Source of the DNA: an uncultured bacterium
GTDB lineage: Bacteria; Bacillota_I; Bacilli_A; RFN20; CAG-826
Length of the DNA: 64,000 nucleotides
NCBI GenBank assembly: GCA_949288485.1
Contig: CASEKC010000001.1
Coordinates: 166,241-230,240 of the forward strand
Direction of reading: 5' to 3'
The notes beneath the pieces were generated by a model. The model did no database searches. It saw nothing but the letters and a program-made list of their open reading frames with translations, and was not told the origin of the DNA. Below, one piece after another: positions 20,187 to 31,550 of the stretch. Position 1 is the first letter of the stretch. Each line of letters opens with the position of its first letter. Made by a program: the position numbers and the translations under genes.

Positions 20187-22094
20187 CTATTTAAGTGGCT
20201 CTTTGTACTTAAAAATCATTGCCGCAAAAGGTGCGATTTTAATCGTAAATTTATGTGGTCGATATTCAGGACCATATTCAGTTGAACTAATAGGAAGGCC
20301 ATTATAAGCATTACTTCCTCCATAGACATCTTTATCAGAATTAAAAATTTCTTCATATGTTCCTGGTCTAGTTAATCCAATTTCATAATATTCATAATAA
20401 TTAGGTGTCATATTATAGAGAAATACTAAATGAGAATCTTTTACTCTTCTTTCAAAAGCAAAAACACTATCATTAGCATTATCAACCATTAACCAATTAA
20501 AATGAACTGGATTATATTCTTCAAAATACATTGCTTCTTCATTACGATAAATAAGATTTAAATCTCTTACTAAACGAGAAACACTATCGTGTTTTGGGAA
20601 ACGTTTTAAATCCCAAGGAAGTGATTTATTTTCATTCCATTCATCCCATGAAGCAAGTTCATTTCCCATAAAATTAAGTTTTTTACCTGGGTGACCGAAT
20701 TGATATGTATATAAATTTCTAACTAAAGCAAATTTTTGATCATAATCTCCCCACATTTTATTAATGATTGTTCCTTTTCCATGAACAACTTCATCGTGAG
20801 ATAAAGGTAAAAGGAAATTTTCACTAAAGAAATATGCCATCGAGAAAGTTAATTTATTATGATCATATTTTTTATAAACTGGATCTAAATGATAATATTT
20901 TAAAGTATCATTCATCCATCCTAAATCCCATTTATAATCAAAACCTAAACCATTCCAATCAGTAGGTTTTGTAACACCAGTAAAATCGGTAGAATCTTCA
21001 GCAATCATCATAACATCGTTATGAGCGATATGAATTTTACCATTTAATCTTTTAATAAATTCAGTAGCACCAAAGTTTTCACCATTATTTTTATTACCAT
21101 CCCAATAAACAATATTAGAAACAGCATCGCATCTAATACCATCAAAATGGAAATAATCTAAGAAATAACTCATTGCTGACATTAAGAAAGAGCGAACAGG
21201 ATCTTTTCCCAAATCAAATTGTTTACTACCCCATGGAGAATACATATGGTTATCACCATATTCATACATTGGTGTTCCATCAAACATTGATAATGACCAA
21301 GTATCGGTTGCAAAATGAACTGGAGCAAAATCTAAAATAACTCCAATACCAGCTTGATGCATTCTATCAACAAAACTCATGAGTTGGAAAGGATTTCCAT
21401 ATCTAGAATCTACGCTATAAAAACCAGTTGCTTGATATCCCCAACTTCCATCGAAAGGATATTGAACAATTGGCATAATTTCAATATGTGTATATCCTAA
21501 TTCTTTTAAATAAGGAATTAAATAATCAGCAATTTCTTCATAGGAAAGATTTCTTCCATCAACCTTTCCTTTCCAAGAACCAAGATGCATTTCATAAATT
21601 GACATTGGAAGATCGAAATTTCTATTTCTTGTATTTAAGAATGGGCGATCATGCCAAATAAATCCTTCTATGTTAAATAATCTTGAACATGTTCCTGGAC
21701 GATATTCACTAAAAAATGCATATGGATCAGCTTTATCAACATAATTTCCATTAGCATCTTTAAAATGGAATTTATAAGAAGAATAATTATGTAAATTTGG
21801 AATAAATAATTCCCAAACACCACAATCATCTACTTTATACATTTTATGAGCACCGACATTCCAGTCATTAAAATCACCAATAACTGAAACATCACTAGCC
21901 ATAGGAGCGTAAAGTCTAAAGACTACGCCATCAATTAGTCTCTTATGTTTTTGTTTTTTAAATAAATTAGGGTCTTTTTTTGAAGGAACATCAATTTCTT
22001 CTTCAATTTCCCACTTTGTAAAATGTGCACCGAAGTATTTATAAGCTTCAATTGTTTGACCATTTAGAAAGTCATAGAGTAGACCATAAGCCAT
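20187..22094 (-). CDS. glgB: 1,4-alpha-glucan branching enzyme
   Basis: 635 aa with a GH13_9 catalytic core (DGIRCDAVSNIVY, HDEVVHGKG), an N-terminal CBM48-like region and a conserved C-terminus. Confidence 0.9.
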   Translation of the reverse strand: MAYGLLYDFLNGQTIEAYKYFGAHFTKWEIEEEIDVPSKKDPNLFKKQKHKRLIDGVVFRLYAPMASDVSVIGDFNDWNVGAHKMYKVDDCGVWELFIPNLHNYSSYKFHFKDANGNYVDKADPYAFFSEYRPGTCSRLFNIEGFIWHDRPFLNTRNRNFDLPMSIYEMHLGSWKGKVDGRNLSYEEIADYLIPYLKELGYTHIEIMPIVQYPFDGSWGYQATGFYSVDSRYGNPFQLMSFVDRMHQAGIGVILDFAPVHFATDTWSLSMFDGTPMYEYGDNHMYSPWGSKQFDLGKDPVRSFLMSAMSYFLDYFHFDGIRCDAVSNIVYWDGNKNNGENFGATEFIKRLNGKIHIAHNDVMMIAEDSTDFTGVTKPTDWNGLGFDYKWDLGWMNDTLKYYHLDPVYKKYDHNKLTFSMAYFFSENFLLPLSHDEVVHGKGTIINKMWGDYDQKFALVRNLYTYQFGHPGKKLNFMGNELASWDEWNENKSLPWDLKRFPKHDSVSRLVRDLNLIYRNEEAMYFEEYNPVHFNWLMVDNANDSVFAFERRVKDSHLVFLYNMTPNYYEYYEIGLTRPGTYEEIFNSDKDVYGGSNAYNGLPISSTEYGPEYRPHKFTIKIAPFAAMIFKYKEPLK

Positions 22095-22243
22095 AATTTA
22101 TAATTTCTCCCAGAAATATTTTTTAAACTAGGTTTATTATAAAACAAACTCTCTTTAGATTCATCTAAAAATGTGTGGATATTTTGATTATCAAATAACC
22201 TTAATTTAATATATAATAAATATGTTTTTTGGAGGAAATTATA

Positions 22244-23437
22244 ATGGCTAAAGTTATGGCTGTAAACTGTGGCTCAAGCAGTTTAAAATTCAAACTTTAT
22301 GAAATGCCTGAAGAAAAAGTTATTACATCAGGTATCGTTGAAAGAATTGGTCATGAAGACGCAATTTTTCAAATTAAAGTTGGTGATAATAAATTAAAAG
22401 AAATATTGAGTGTTAAAGATCATGGGGAAGCTGTCCAAATTGTTATGGATGCTATGATTAAAAATCATATTATTAATGATATTCATGAAATTAAAGCTAC
22501 CGGACATAGAGTTGTCCAAGGTGGTCCATATTTTAAAGATTCAACTCCATTCAATGAAGATACCTATAAAAAAATCGAATCATTAATTCCACTTGCACCT
22601 TTACATAATCAAGCACATTTAGTTGGATATAATGCATTTAAAAAAGTATTACCAAATACTCCTGCTGTTGCAGTTTTTGATACTGCTTTCCATCAAACAA
22701 TGGCTCCAGAAGATTATGCTTATCCTATCAAAAAAGAATATGCTGAAAAATATATGATTAGAAGATATGGAGCACATGGAACATCTCATAAATATTTAAG
22801 CGAAGTTGGCGATAAACTTTTAGGAGATAAAGAAAATAAAAGATTAATTATTTGCCATTTAGGAAGTGGAGCTTCTATTACCGCTACTAAAAATGGAAAA
22901 TGTGTTGCAACTTCAATGGGATTAACTCCACTTGGTGGAATTATGATGAATACTAGAACCGGTGATATGGATCCATCAGTTTATTATCAAATTCAAAAGA
23001 TGAGTGGAAAATCATATGAAGAAATTTTCCAAGAATTTAATAAACAAAGTGGTTTATTTGGTGTTAGTGGCGTCTCAAACGATTCTAGAGATGTATCTAA
23101 TGAAGCAAATAAAGGAAATGAAGATGCAAAATTAGCATTAGAATTATGGTCAAGAAGAATTGCCGATTTCTTCGGTCAATATTATGTTAGATTAGGCGGA
23201 TGCGATATGATTATTTTCTCAGCTGGTATAGGAGAAAATGCACCTGAATTAAGAACTATAGTCTTAAATAAGATTAAAGAAGCATTAAATGTTGATATCG
23301 ATTGGAATAAAAATGATGAAGCAAGAGGTGTTTTAGAAGAAATTTCAACACCTGCAAGTAAAATTAAAGTTTATGTTATTCCTACAGATGAAGAAGTAAT
23401 GATTGCTCGTGATGCCTACAAACTTATAAAGGAGTAG
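22244..23437 (+). CDS. ackA: acetate kinase (start at MAKVMAVNCGSSS)
   Basis: The N-terminal VNCGSSSLKF and other ASKHA motifs are present, with a GGAGG RBS 8 nt upstream of the ATG at 22244. The track ORF begins at an upstream TTG. Confidence 0.95.
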   Translation: MAKVMAVNCGSSSLKFKLYEMPEEKVITSGIVERIGHEDAIFQIKVGDNKLKEILSVKDHGEAVQIVMDAMIKNHIINDIHEIKATGHRVVQGGPYFKDSTPFNEDTYKKIESLIPLAPLHNQAHLVGYNAFKKVLPNTPAVAVFDTAFHQTMAPEDYAYPIKKEYAEKYMIRRYGAHGTSHKYLSEVGDKLLGDKENKRLIICHLGSGASITATKNGKCVATSMGLTPLGGIMMNTRTGDMDPSVYYQIQKMSGKSYEEIFQEFNKQSGLFGVSGVSNDSRDVSNEANKGNEDAKLALELWSRRIADFFGQYYVRLGGCDMIIFSAGIGENAPELRTIVLNKIKEALNVDIDWNKNDEARGVLEEISTPASKIKVYVIPTDEEVMIARDAYKLIKE

Positions 23438-23444
23438 ACAAAAA

Positions 23445-24449
23445 GTGAACGAAATTATATTAAAACAAGCTCAAAAATTTGAAAAAGAATATAAAGAAAT
23501 TCTTGAAAATATTAAAAAATTCGATAAAATCGCCGTTTTCAGACATATAATGCCTGATTTCGATGCATTAGGAACTCAATTTGGTTTAGCAACATGGCTT
23601 AAAGATAACTTTAAAGATAAAGATATTAAAATTTTAGGTGATAACCATGTTACTTTTACCCCAAAAGGATTATATCCAGAAACTGATAAAGTTAACGATT
23701 CATGGTTTAATGATGATTTTTTAGCAATTATTGTTGATGTTGGTGATGAAAAAAGAATTGCAGACCCAAGATTTAAACGTACTAAATTTACAATCAAATT
23801 AGATCATCATCCAGAAACAGATAAAATATTTAATATTTCGGTTGTTGATACATCTTTATGTGCAGCTAGTGAATTAGTAACAAATATGTTATTAAGTTTT
23901 GGTGAAGAATATACTTTAACTAAAGAAGCTGCATCATATTTTTATAGTGCAATTGTTGGAGATAGTGGAAGATTCTTATTCGGCTCTACTTCTCGTCATA
24001 CTTTTGAAATTTCTAGTGAATTATTAGCTAGAAATATCCAAATTGTTCCTTTATATGAAAAAATGTATGAAAAAGGAATTGACGATTTAAAATTCATGCA
24101 ATTCGTTTTAAACAATTTCAAAATCACACCTGAAGGAACAGCATATTATGTATTAACTCAAAAAGATTTAGATGAATTACATTTATCTAGTGAACAAGGA
24201 AAAGAACACGTCAATCTTTTCTCTTCAATTAAAGGTGTAAATATTTGGTGTTCTATCACCGAAGATGTTACTGAACCTTGCTTTAGAATTTCTTTAAGAA
24301 GTAGATATTATAATGTCAATGAAATCGCCACTAATTTTAAAGGTGGCGGACATAAACAAGCAAGTGGAGCTCAAATCGCTTCATTAAAAGAATTAGATAA
24401 ATTTATCGAAGCTTGCGACAATAAAATTAAAGAAGGTCAAAAATTATAG
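23445..24449 (+). CDS. nrnA: DHH/DHHA1 phosphoesterase (NrnA-like nanoRNase/pAp phosphatase)
   Basis: DHH motifs (AVFRHIMPDFDALG and DHH in KLDHHPE) and a C-terminal DHHA1 GGGH motif (FKGGGHKQASGA) are present. Confidence 0.8.
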   Translation: MNEIILKQAQKFEKEYKEILENIKKFDKIAVFRHIMPDFDALGTQFGLATWLKDNFKDKDIKILGDNHVTFTPKGLYPETDKVNDSWFNDDFLAIIVDVGDEKRIADPRFKRTKFTIKLDHHPETDKIFNISVVDTSLCAASELVTNMLLSFGEEYTLTKEAASYFYSAIVGDSGRFLFGSTSRHTFEISSELLARNIQIVPLYEKMYEKGIDDLKFMQFVLNNFKITPEGTAYYVLTQKDLDELHLSSEQGKEHVNLFSSIKGVNIWCSITEDVTEPCFRISLRSRYYNVNEIATNFKGGGHKQASGAQIASLKELDKFIEACDNKIKEGQKL

Positions 24450-24455
24450 AAATTA

Positions 24456-27400
24456 ATGTTTAATAAATTTATTCCCTTACATATTTATAGTGGATATTCG
24501 TTTTTTAAATCTTCCATTAAACTTGAAGAATATATTTTAGAATGCAAAAAAAGAAACTATAAATATGTGGGAATAAGTGATTTAAATAATCTTTATGCTT
24601 TTCCTTTATTTAATGATTTAGCTTTAAAACATAATCTTATACCTCTTTTTGGTTTAGAAATTACTATTAATGAGCAAAATTTTGTATTTTATGCTAAAAA
24701 TGAAGATGGCTATTGTACTTTAATTCATCTTTCAAATTTAATTAATAAAGATTTAAATAAAAAAAATACTTTTGAAGATATCAATTCATTTAAAGGAGTT
24801 ATTGCAATTTTGTCAACTTCTTCTCCTTTGTTTGATACTGTTGAAGAAAATAAAATTTTAAATTTTTGTCTTCCTTTAAATAATATTTTTGAAAATTTTT
24901 ATATAGGAATAGATAATCATGAATTTATCAATCAATCTCATATAAACTTAATTCGAGAATTTCTATATAAAAATAATTTTAAAACAATTCCTTTCCCATT
25001 AATTAGGCATTTAAAAAAAGATTCCTCATCCACTTTAAAAATATTAGAAGCTATCGAAAATAACTTTACAATTGAAAAGGAAGCTTTAAATGAAGCTCCC
25101 CCTTTTCATTTTTTAAGTGATGAAGAATTAAATATATTGTTTAACGAAAATGAATTTCATAATTTAAATGAATTGATTTCGTTATTTAGCTTTTCTTTTA
25201 TCAAAAAAAGAGCTGAATTAATTAATTATTCTAAAGAAACTTCTTCTACTTTTAATAGCGATGATTTATTGAAAGAAAAGATTTTGGAAGGATTAAAACT
25301 TCGAAATATTAATTTAAAATCTTCTCCAAAATATCGAGCAAGACTTAATTATGAATATCTCACAATAACTAAAATGGGTTATTCAAACTATTTTTTAATT
25401 GTCCAAGATTATGTTAATTATGCTAGAAAAGAAAATATTTTAGTTGGTCCAGGAAGAGGAAGCGCGGCTGGTTCTTTAGTTTCTTATTTACTTAATATCA
25501 CAGATGTTGATCCTATTAAATATGATCTTCTTTTTGAAAGATTTTTAAATCCTTCAAGAAAGACAATGCCTGATATTGATATAGACTTTCAAGATGTTAG
25601 AAGAGATGAAATTATCTCATATTTAGAAAATAAATATGGCTATGAACGAGTTTCTAGAGTAATTGCTTTTCAAATGATAAAAGCTAAAAACGCCATCAGA
25701 GATGTAACAAGAGCTTTTGGTTATCCTGTAAGTGTAGCTGACAATTTATCAAAAAAAATACCTTTAAATTATAAAAAAGCTGATGGTTCAATGGATTATA
25801 CTTTGGAAGATGTTTATAAAGATATCCAAATATTTAAAGATACAGTCAATTCTTCTTTAGATAATAAATTAATTTTTGAAAATGCAAAATTAATTGAAGG
25901 TTTACCTAGACAAAGAGGACTTCATGCGGCTGGCGTAGTTTTGAGTCAAAATTCTTTATTAGATTTAATTCCTATTAATTATTTAAATGAAAGAGAGCTT
26001 GTTACTCAATTTGAAAAAGATTATTTAGAAAACCAAGGCTTCTTAAAATTTGATATTTTAGGTCTTTCAAATTTAACAATTATTGCCAATTGTTTATATT
26101 TAGTCAATAAAGCTCATAATTTAAATATAAAATTCGAAGATATACCTATTGATGATCCAAAAATTTATAAATTATTAAAAGATGGTTTTTTAATGGGACT
26201 TTTCCAAATTGATGCAAATGAAGGTCGTTTAGCCGTTTTAGATATTAAACCAGATAATTTCAAAGAAATTGTTGATGCTATTTCTTTAGCTAGACCAGGG
26301 CCAAAACAATATATTCCAAGTTACGTAGCAAGAAAAAATAAAAAAGAAAAAGTTATTTATCCATCAAAAGATTTAGAAGAAATTTTAAAACCAACCTATG
26401 GAATTATAATTTATCAAGAACAAATTATGAGAATAGCTCAAAAATATTCTTCTTTCACATTTGCTGAGGCTGATAATTTTAGAAGAGCTATCTCAAAAAA
26501 ACATGCTGATGAAATATTAAAAATGAAACAAAATTTCATTTTAGGAGCTAAAAAGAATAATCATAATGAAAAAGAAGCTAATTCAATATTTGAAATGATT
26601 TTAAAATTTGCTGAATACGGTTTTAATCAATCTCATGCCGTATCTTATGCTATGATTACTGCAAAAATGGCTTATTTAAAAGCAAATTATCCTAATGAAT
26701 TCTATTCAGCAATTTTATCAAATAATAATGATTCAAAATTTAATAATTATTTATATGAAATAAGAAAGAGAAATATAAAAATAGATTTACCAAATATAAA
26801 TTATTCCGGTTTATTTTTTATACCATTTAAAAATTCTTTGATATTTCCTTTAAACAAAATTAAAGATGTAAATTCTTCTTTAGCAATTAGCATAATTGAA
26901 GAAAGAAAAAGAAACGGAAAATATAAATCTTTCCAAAACTTTTTAATTCGTTCAATAAATTTTGAAAACAAAATTAATGATAAACAACTTTCCGCTTTAA
27001 TTGATGCAGGATGTTTTGATTGTTTTGTTCAAAACCGTAAGCAATTAAAAATGCAAATTCCAGATGCTATGGATATGATTAAAGCCGGTGGTGGAGGAGC
27101 ATTGGCCTTAATTAGAGGAAATAAAGACGAAGATGAATTGCTTTTAGATGAATCAATAGTTGATGATCCTTTAGAGCGTATGAATAACGAATTTAAAGTT
27201 CTCGGATTAGTTATATCCGACTCTTTATTAAATCATGTATCTTTAACTCAAAATGAGAAAAATAGAATAACTTCTATTTCTAATTTAATAAACGGTAAAA
27301 ATTCGATAATTATCGGAATAATTCAATCAATTAAGACTGTTACAGTTAAAAATGGTAAAGATAAAGGTAATTTAATGGCTTTTTTAAACCTAGCAAATAA

Positions 27401-27563
27401 TAACGAAGATATTGATGTAACAATTTTTTCATCTTTATATAATAAATATCATTCGATCATAAAAGAGAATAATGTTGTTTTAATTGAAGGAAGAAAAGAA
27501 ATAAAAGATAATAAAGTGTCTTTTGTTTTAACAAGCATGAAAGAGGTTAGTATTAATGAATAA
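24456..27563 (+). CDS. dnaE: DNA polymerase III alpha subunit (DnaE-type)
   Basis: 1035 aa with an N-terminal PHP domain (LHIYSGYSF…), a polymerase core (GPGRGSAAGSLVSYLL; PDIDIDF) and an OB fold. Confidence 0.9.
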   Translation: MFNKFIPLHIYSGYSFFKSSIKLEEYILECKKRNYKYVGISDLNNLYAFPLFNDLALKHNLIPLFGLEITINEQNFVFYAKNEDGYCTLIHLSNLINKDLNKKNTFEDINSFKGVIAILSTSSPLFDTVEENKILNFCLPLNNIFENFYIGIDNHEFINQSHINLIREFLYKNNFKTIPFPLIRHLKKDSSSTLKILEAIENNFTIEKEALNEAPPFHFLSDEELNILFNENEFHNLNELISLFSFSFIKKRAELINYSKETSSTFNSDDLLKEKILEGLKLRNINLKSSPKYRARLNYEYLTITKMGYSNYFLIVQDYVNYARKENILVGPGRGSAAGSLVSYLLNITDVDPIKYDLLFERFLNPSRKTMPDIDIDFQDVRRDEIISYLENKYGYERVSRVIAFQMIKAKNAIRDVTRAFGYPVSVADNLSKKIPLNYKKADGSMDYTLEDVYKDIQIFKDTVNSSLDNKLIFENAKLIEGLPRQRGLHAAGVVLSQNSLLDLIPINYLNERELVTQFEKDYLENQGFLKFDILGLSNLTIIANCLYLVNKAHNLNIKFEDIPIDDPKIYKLLKDGFLMGLFQIDANEGRLAVLDIKPDNFKEIVDAISLARPGPKQYIPSYVARKNKKEKVIYPSKDLEEILKPTYGIIIYQEQIMRIAQKYSSFTFAEADNFRRAISKKHADEILKMKQNFILGAKKNNHNEKEANSIFEMILKFAEYGFNQSHAVSYAMITAKMAYLKANYPNEFYSAILSNNNDSKFNNYLYEIRKRNIKIDLPNINYSGLFFIPFKNSLIFPLNKIKDVNSSLAISIIEERKRNGKYKSFQNFLIRSINFENKINDKQLSALIDAGCFDCFVQNRKQLKMQIPDAMDMIKAGGGGALALIRGNKDEDELLLDESIVDDPLERMNNEFKVLGLVISDSLLNHVSLTQNEKNRITSISNLINGKNSIIIGIIQSIKTVTVKNGKDKGNLMAFLNLANNNEDIDVTIFSSLYNKYHSIIKENNVVLIEGRKEIKDNKVSFVLTSMKEVSINE

Positions 27564-30159
27564 AATAGTAATTATTGATGGATATTCTTTACTTTTTAGA
27601 GCATATTTTGCAACTTTTAGTTTAGATAGAACTAAAATCATGAAAAACCATGATGGTATTCCAACAAATGCAATTTATGGTTTTTTTAATATGTTTATTC
27701 CAATTTTAAAAAATTTAAAAGAAAATGATGCACTTTTTGTTGCGTTAGATTCATCTAAAAAAACATTTAGACATTTAGAATATAAAGAATATAAAGCTAA
27801 TAGAAAACCTCTTGATGAAGAGTTAAAAATACAATTTCCAATTTTTAGAGAACTTCTTCAATCATTAAATATTACTTTTTATGAAAACGAAAATCTTGAA
27901 GCTGATGATATTGCTGGAAATATCGCTAAAAAGATGGAAAAAGAAAATTATAAAGTTGAAATTTATACTTCTGATAGAGATTATCTTCAATTAATCGATG
28001 ATAACATAACTATCGAATTAATAAAAAAAGGCTTAAAAGATATAAAAGAAATGAATGAAGCCACTTTTGTAGAAGAGTGGGGTTTTAAACCAATTCAAAT
28101 TATAGATTACAAAGCTTTACGTGGAGATGATAGCGATAATTTAAAAGGAATTCCTGGGATTGGAGATAAAACTGCAAAAGAATTAATAAAAAACTTTGGA
28201 AGTTATGAAGAAATTATTAAAAATGCTGATACTTCCAAAAAAATTGGTCAAAATATTATAAAATTCCAAGAAAATGGACGTCTTTGCTTAAAATTAGCAA
28301 CTATTAAAACAGATGATGAAATCCCTTTAAATAAAGATGATTTAATTTATAAAGGTTATGATTTTAATAAATTAAATAATTTCATGCAAAAATACGATTT
28401 TAAAACTTTAATCAATAAAATTCCTTCATCTTTAAGAAAGAAAAGTGAAGAAAATGAAAAAGTCTCATTTAAAAACGTTACTTCTTCGATTGAATTTTTA
28501 GAAGAAATTAATGATTATATGGGAATTGCTATAGATATTAGTAATGAAAACTATCACTATGCCACTCTTTTAGGAGTTTCAATTTATGTTAATAATAAAA
28601 ACCTCTACATTTCTAAAGAAAATTTATTAAAGGATGATAAACTTTTAGGAAAAATCAAAGATAGCAATATTAAAAAATATGCTTTTGATTTTAAAAAAAT
28701 ATATGTAGTTTTCAAAAATAATGGAATCGAAATAAATGGATTATTTTTCGATTTACTACTTGCATCTTATTTAATCGAACCATCAATGTCGAATGAACTT
28801 CAAAATGTTCTTTCATATTTTGGAATAGATATTTCCTATGCCTTAAATAATGAATCGTTATTTAATGATGAATCATTACTATCTTGTATATCTGCTAATT
28901 ATTCCTATAAATTAGAAGAAAAAGTAATTAATATTTTAAAGGAAAATAAACAACTTGATCTTTTATATGAAATTGAACAACCTTTAACAATTGTTTTAGC
29001 TGACATGGAAATAGAAGGTTTTCCATTAAATAAAGATAAATTATTAGAATTTAAGGATAATTTTCAAAATAAAATTGATGAACTAAAAAAAGCAATAATT
29101 ACTCTTAGTGGTGTTGAATTTAATTTAAACTCTCCTAAACAACTTGGAGAAATTCTTTATGATAAATTAAACTTAACGCCTACATCAAAGTCTCGTTCTA
29201 CTAGTGCTGAAAATTTATTAAAAATGATTGACAAACATCCAATCATACCATTGATTTTAGAATACAGAAAATATAGTAAATTACTTTCAACTTATGTTGA
29301 TGGATTAATGCCATTTATTGATGAAAACGGACTAATCCACGCAACTTTTAATCAAGCTTTAACTACTACTGGCAGATTATCTTCTTCTGAACCTAATTTA
29401 CAAAATATATCAGTTCGTGATGAAGAAGGTAAAATGATAAGAAAGGCTTTCTTTTATAATGACTCCAAATTAAATATTTTATCTTTAGATTATTCCCAAA
29501 TTGAATTAAGAATTTTGGCACATTTATCAAATTCTAAAACAATGATAAATGTCTTTAATAGTAATGAAGATATCCATTCCGAAACTGCTAAAAAGATATT
29601 TCATCTAGATAGAGAACCAACTTCTTTAGAAAGAAGACATGCTAAAGCAGTCAATTTTGGAATTGTTTATGGAATTAGTGATTGGGGTTTAGCTGACCAA
29701 CTTAAAATAAGCGTTACCGAATCAAAAGAAATAATTGCATCTTTTTATAAAGAATTCCCAGAAATTAAAGCATTTTTAAATAGTTTGATCGCCCAAGCAG
29801 AAATTAAAGGCTATACAACTACTATGTTTAATAGACATCGTTATTTGAAAAACATAAATTCTCAAAATTATACGGAAAGAGAATTTGAAAAAAGAGCCGC
29901 AATGAATGCTCCTATTCAAGGTAGTGCGGCTGATTTAATAAAAATAGCGATGATTCAAGTTTATAATGCTTTAAAAGAAGGAAATTATAAAGCTAAAATA
30001 GTAAGTCAAATTCATGATGAAATTATTTTAAAAGTTGATGACGACGAAAAAGATGAAGTTTTAAATTTAGTTAAGAACATCATGGAAAACTGCGTTAAAT
30101 TAAATGTTAAATTAAAAGTAGAAGGAGGAAGTGCCAAAACTTGGTACGATGCTAAATAA
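27556..30159 (+). CDS. polA: DNA polymerase I
   Basis: 867 aa with a 5'-3' exonuclease N-terminal domain and Klenow-like polymerase motifs (RRHAKAVNFGIVYGIS, QIHDEII). Confidence 0.95.
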   Translation: MNKIVIIDGYSLLFRAYFATFSLDRTKIMKNHDGIPTNAIYGFFNMFIPILKNLKENDALFVALDSSKKTFRHLEYKEYKANRKPLDEELKIQFPIFRELLQSLNITFYENENLEADDIAGNIAKKMEKENYKVEIYTSDRDYLQLIDDNITIELIKKGLKDIKEMNEATFVEEWGFKPIQIIDYKALRGDDSDNLKGIPGIGDKTAKELIKNFGSYEEIIKNADTSKKIGQNIIKFQENGRLCLKLATIKTDDEIPLNKDDLIYKGYDFNKLNNFMQKYDFKTLINKIPSSLRKKSEENEKVSFKNVTSSIEFLEEINDYMGIAIDISNENYHYATLLGVSIYVNNKNLYISKENLLKDDKLLGKIKDSNIKKYAFDFKKIYVVFKNNGIEINGLFFDLLLASYLIEPSMSNELQNVLSYFGIDISYALNNESLFNDESLLSCISANYSYKLEEKVINILKENKQLDLLYEIEQPLTIVLADMEIEGFPLNKDKLLEFKDNFQNKIDELKKAIITLSGVEFNLNSPKQLGEILYDKLNLTPTSKSRSTSAENLLKMIDKHPIIPLILEYRKYSKLLSTYVDGLMPFIDENGLIHATFNQALTTTGRLSSSEPNLQNISVRDEEGKMIRKAFFYNDSKLNILSLDYSQIELRILAHLSNSKTMINVFNSNEDIHSETAKKIFHLDREPTSLERRHAKAVNFGIVYGISDWGLADQLKISVTESKEIIASFYKEFPEIKAFLNSLIAQAEIKGYTTTMFNRHRYLKNINSQNYTEREFEKRAAMNAPIQGSAADLIKIAMIQVYNALKEGNYKAKIVSQIHDEIILKVDDDEKDEVLNLVKNIMENCVKLNVKLKVEGGSAKTWYDAK

Positions 30160-30161
30160 TT

Positions 30162-31550
30162 ATGCCTGAATTACCTGAAGTTGAAACGGTAAAAAATACG
30201 ATTTTACCACTTATACAAAATAAAACTATTGAAAAAGTCGATATTTTTTATGACCGACTAATTCAATCAAATATTGAAATATTTAAAAAAGATATCATTA
30301 ATAAAAAAATTTTAAATGTTCATAGATATGGAAAATATCTATTTTTTGAATTAAACGATGATTATATTTTAATAATTCATCTCAGAATGGAAGGTAAATT
30401 TTCTTATAACAAAAATGATGAAAACCCAAGAATATCTTCAACAACTTTAATATTCTATTTTAATGATTCAACTTCTCTTTCTTTTAATGATACAAGAAAA
30501 TTCGGATTAATGTATTTAACAACAAAAAATGAAATTCATTCTTTACCAATGATGAAAAAATTAGGAATTGAAGCTAATAAAATTGAAGAAAAAGATTATG
30601 AAATTTTAATTAAAAAATTAAAAAGGAGAAAACCGATTAAAGAATTATTACTCGATCAATCTATTTTATGCGGAATTGGAAATATTTATGCTGATGAAAC
30701 TCTATTTCGTTCTAAAATTAATCCATTAACTAAAGGAAATGAATTAAATAATGAACAATTTTATGAAATTTTTAAGAATGCAAAAATTGTTTTAGATAAA
30801 GCTATAAAACTAGGTGGTTCAACAGTTCACTCATTTTCAAGTAATGGGATTGATGGTAAATTTCAAAACGAATTACTTTGTTATGGAAAAGTTAATCAAG
30901 AATGTCCAAATTGTGGAACTAAATTTCATAAAATATTTTTAGGTGGTCGTGGCACTACTTTTTGTCCAAATTGCCAAATAAATTATTCTTTACAAAAAGC
31001 TATAGGAATAACTGGTCCTATTGGAAGTGGGAAATCAAGTGTATTAAATTATTTAAAAACTAAAGATTATTTTATAGCTTCTTCTGATGAAATTGTTCAT
31101 TCTTTATATGAAGAACCTTATATTAGAAGTAAGGTTTCAAAAATATTAGGTTTTAATTTTGATATTTTAAATGTTGAATCAAGAAAAAAAGCAAAAGAAA
31201 TAATGATTTCGAATCCACTTTTAAAAAAGAAAGTGGAAGATTATATCTATCCTTTATTAGAAGAAAAACTAATTAAATTTATAAATGATAATGACAAAAT
31301 TGCAATTGAAGTTCCACTTCTTTTTAAAGCACACTTTGAATATATGTTTAAAAAAATTATTGTTATTACTATTTCAAAAGAAAAACAATTAGAAAATTTA
31401 AATATTCGTGGAGATAAAAATATTAATTCGTCAATAAAATTAAATAACGATTTTAATTATAAAAAGAATGAAAACGTATATCTGATTGAAAATAACTCTT
31501 CAAAGGAAGAGCTATTTAAGAAAATTGATCAAATTATTGATGAAAATTAA
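30162..31550 (+). CDS. mutM: in-frame fusion: formamidopyrimidine-DNA glycosylase (Fpg/MutM) plus dephospho-CoA kinase (CoaE)
   Basis: Residues 1-270 form the Fpg part (MPELPEVE…, a C-terminal zinc finger CPNCGT…CPNCQ). Without an intervening stop they continue into a CoaE domain with Walker A GITGPIGSGKSS. Confidence 0.85.
   Translation: MPELPEVETVKNTILPLIQNKTIEKVDIFYDRLIQSNIEIFKKDIINKKILNVHRYGKYLFFELNDDYILIIHLRMEGKFSYNKNDENPRISSTTLIFYFNDSTSLSFNDTRKFGLMYLTTKNEIHSLPMMKKLGIEANKIEEKDYEILIKKLKRRKPIKELLLDQSILCGIGNIYADETLFRSKINPLTKGNELNNEQFYEIFKNAKIVLDKAIKLGGSTVHSFSSNGIDGKFQNELLCYGKVNQECPNCGTKFHKIFLGGRGTTFCPNCQINYSLQKAIGITGPIGSGKSSVLNYLKTKDYFIASSDEIVHSLYEEPYIRSKVSKILGFNFDILNVESRKKAKEIMISNPLLKKKVEDYIYPLLEEKLIKFINDNDKIAIEVPLLFKAHFEYMFKKIIVITISKEKQLENLNIRGDKNINSSIKLNNDFNYKKNENVYLIENNSSKEELFKKIDQIIDEN

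Noticed and set aside
22170-22195. Possible catabolite-responsive element (cre) upstream of ackA (TTGATtATCAA palindrome)
   Set aside because: It lacks the central CG and the W-TGNAANCGNWNNCW pattern of CcpA sites, so it is more likely a chance AT-rich palindrome.
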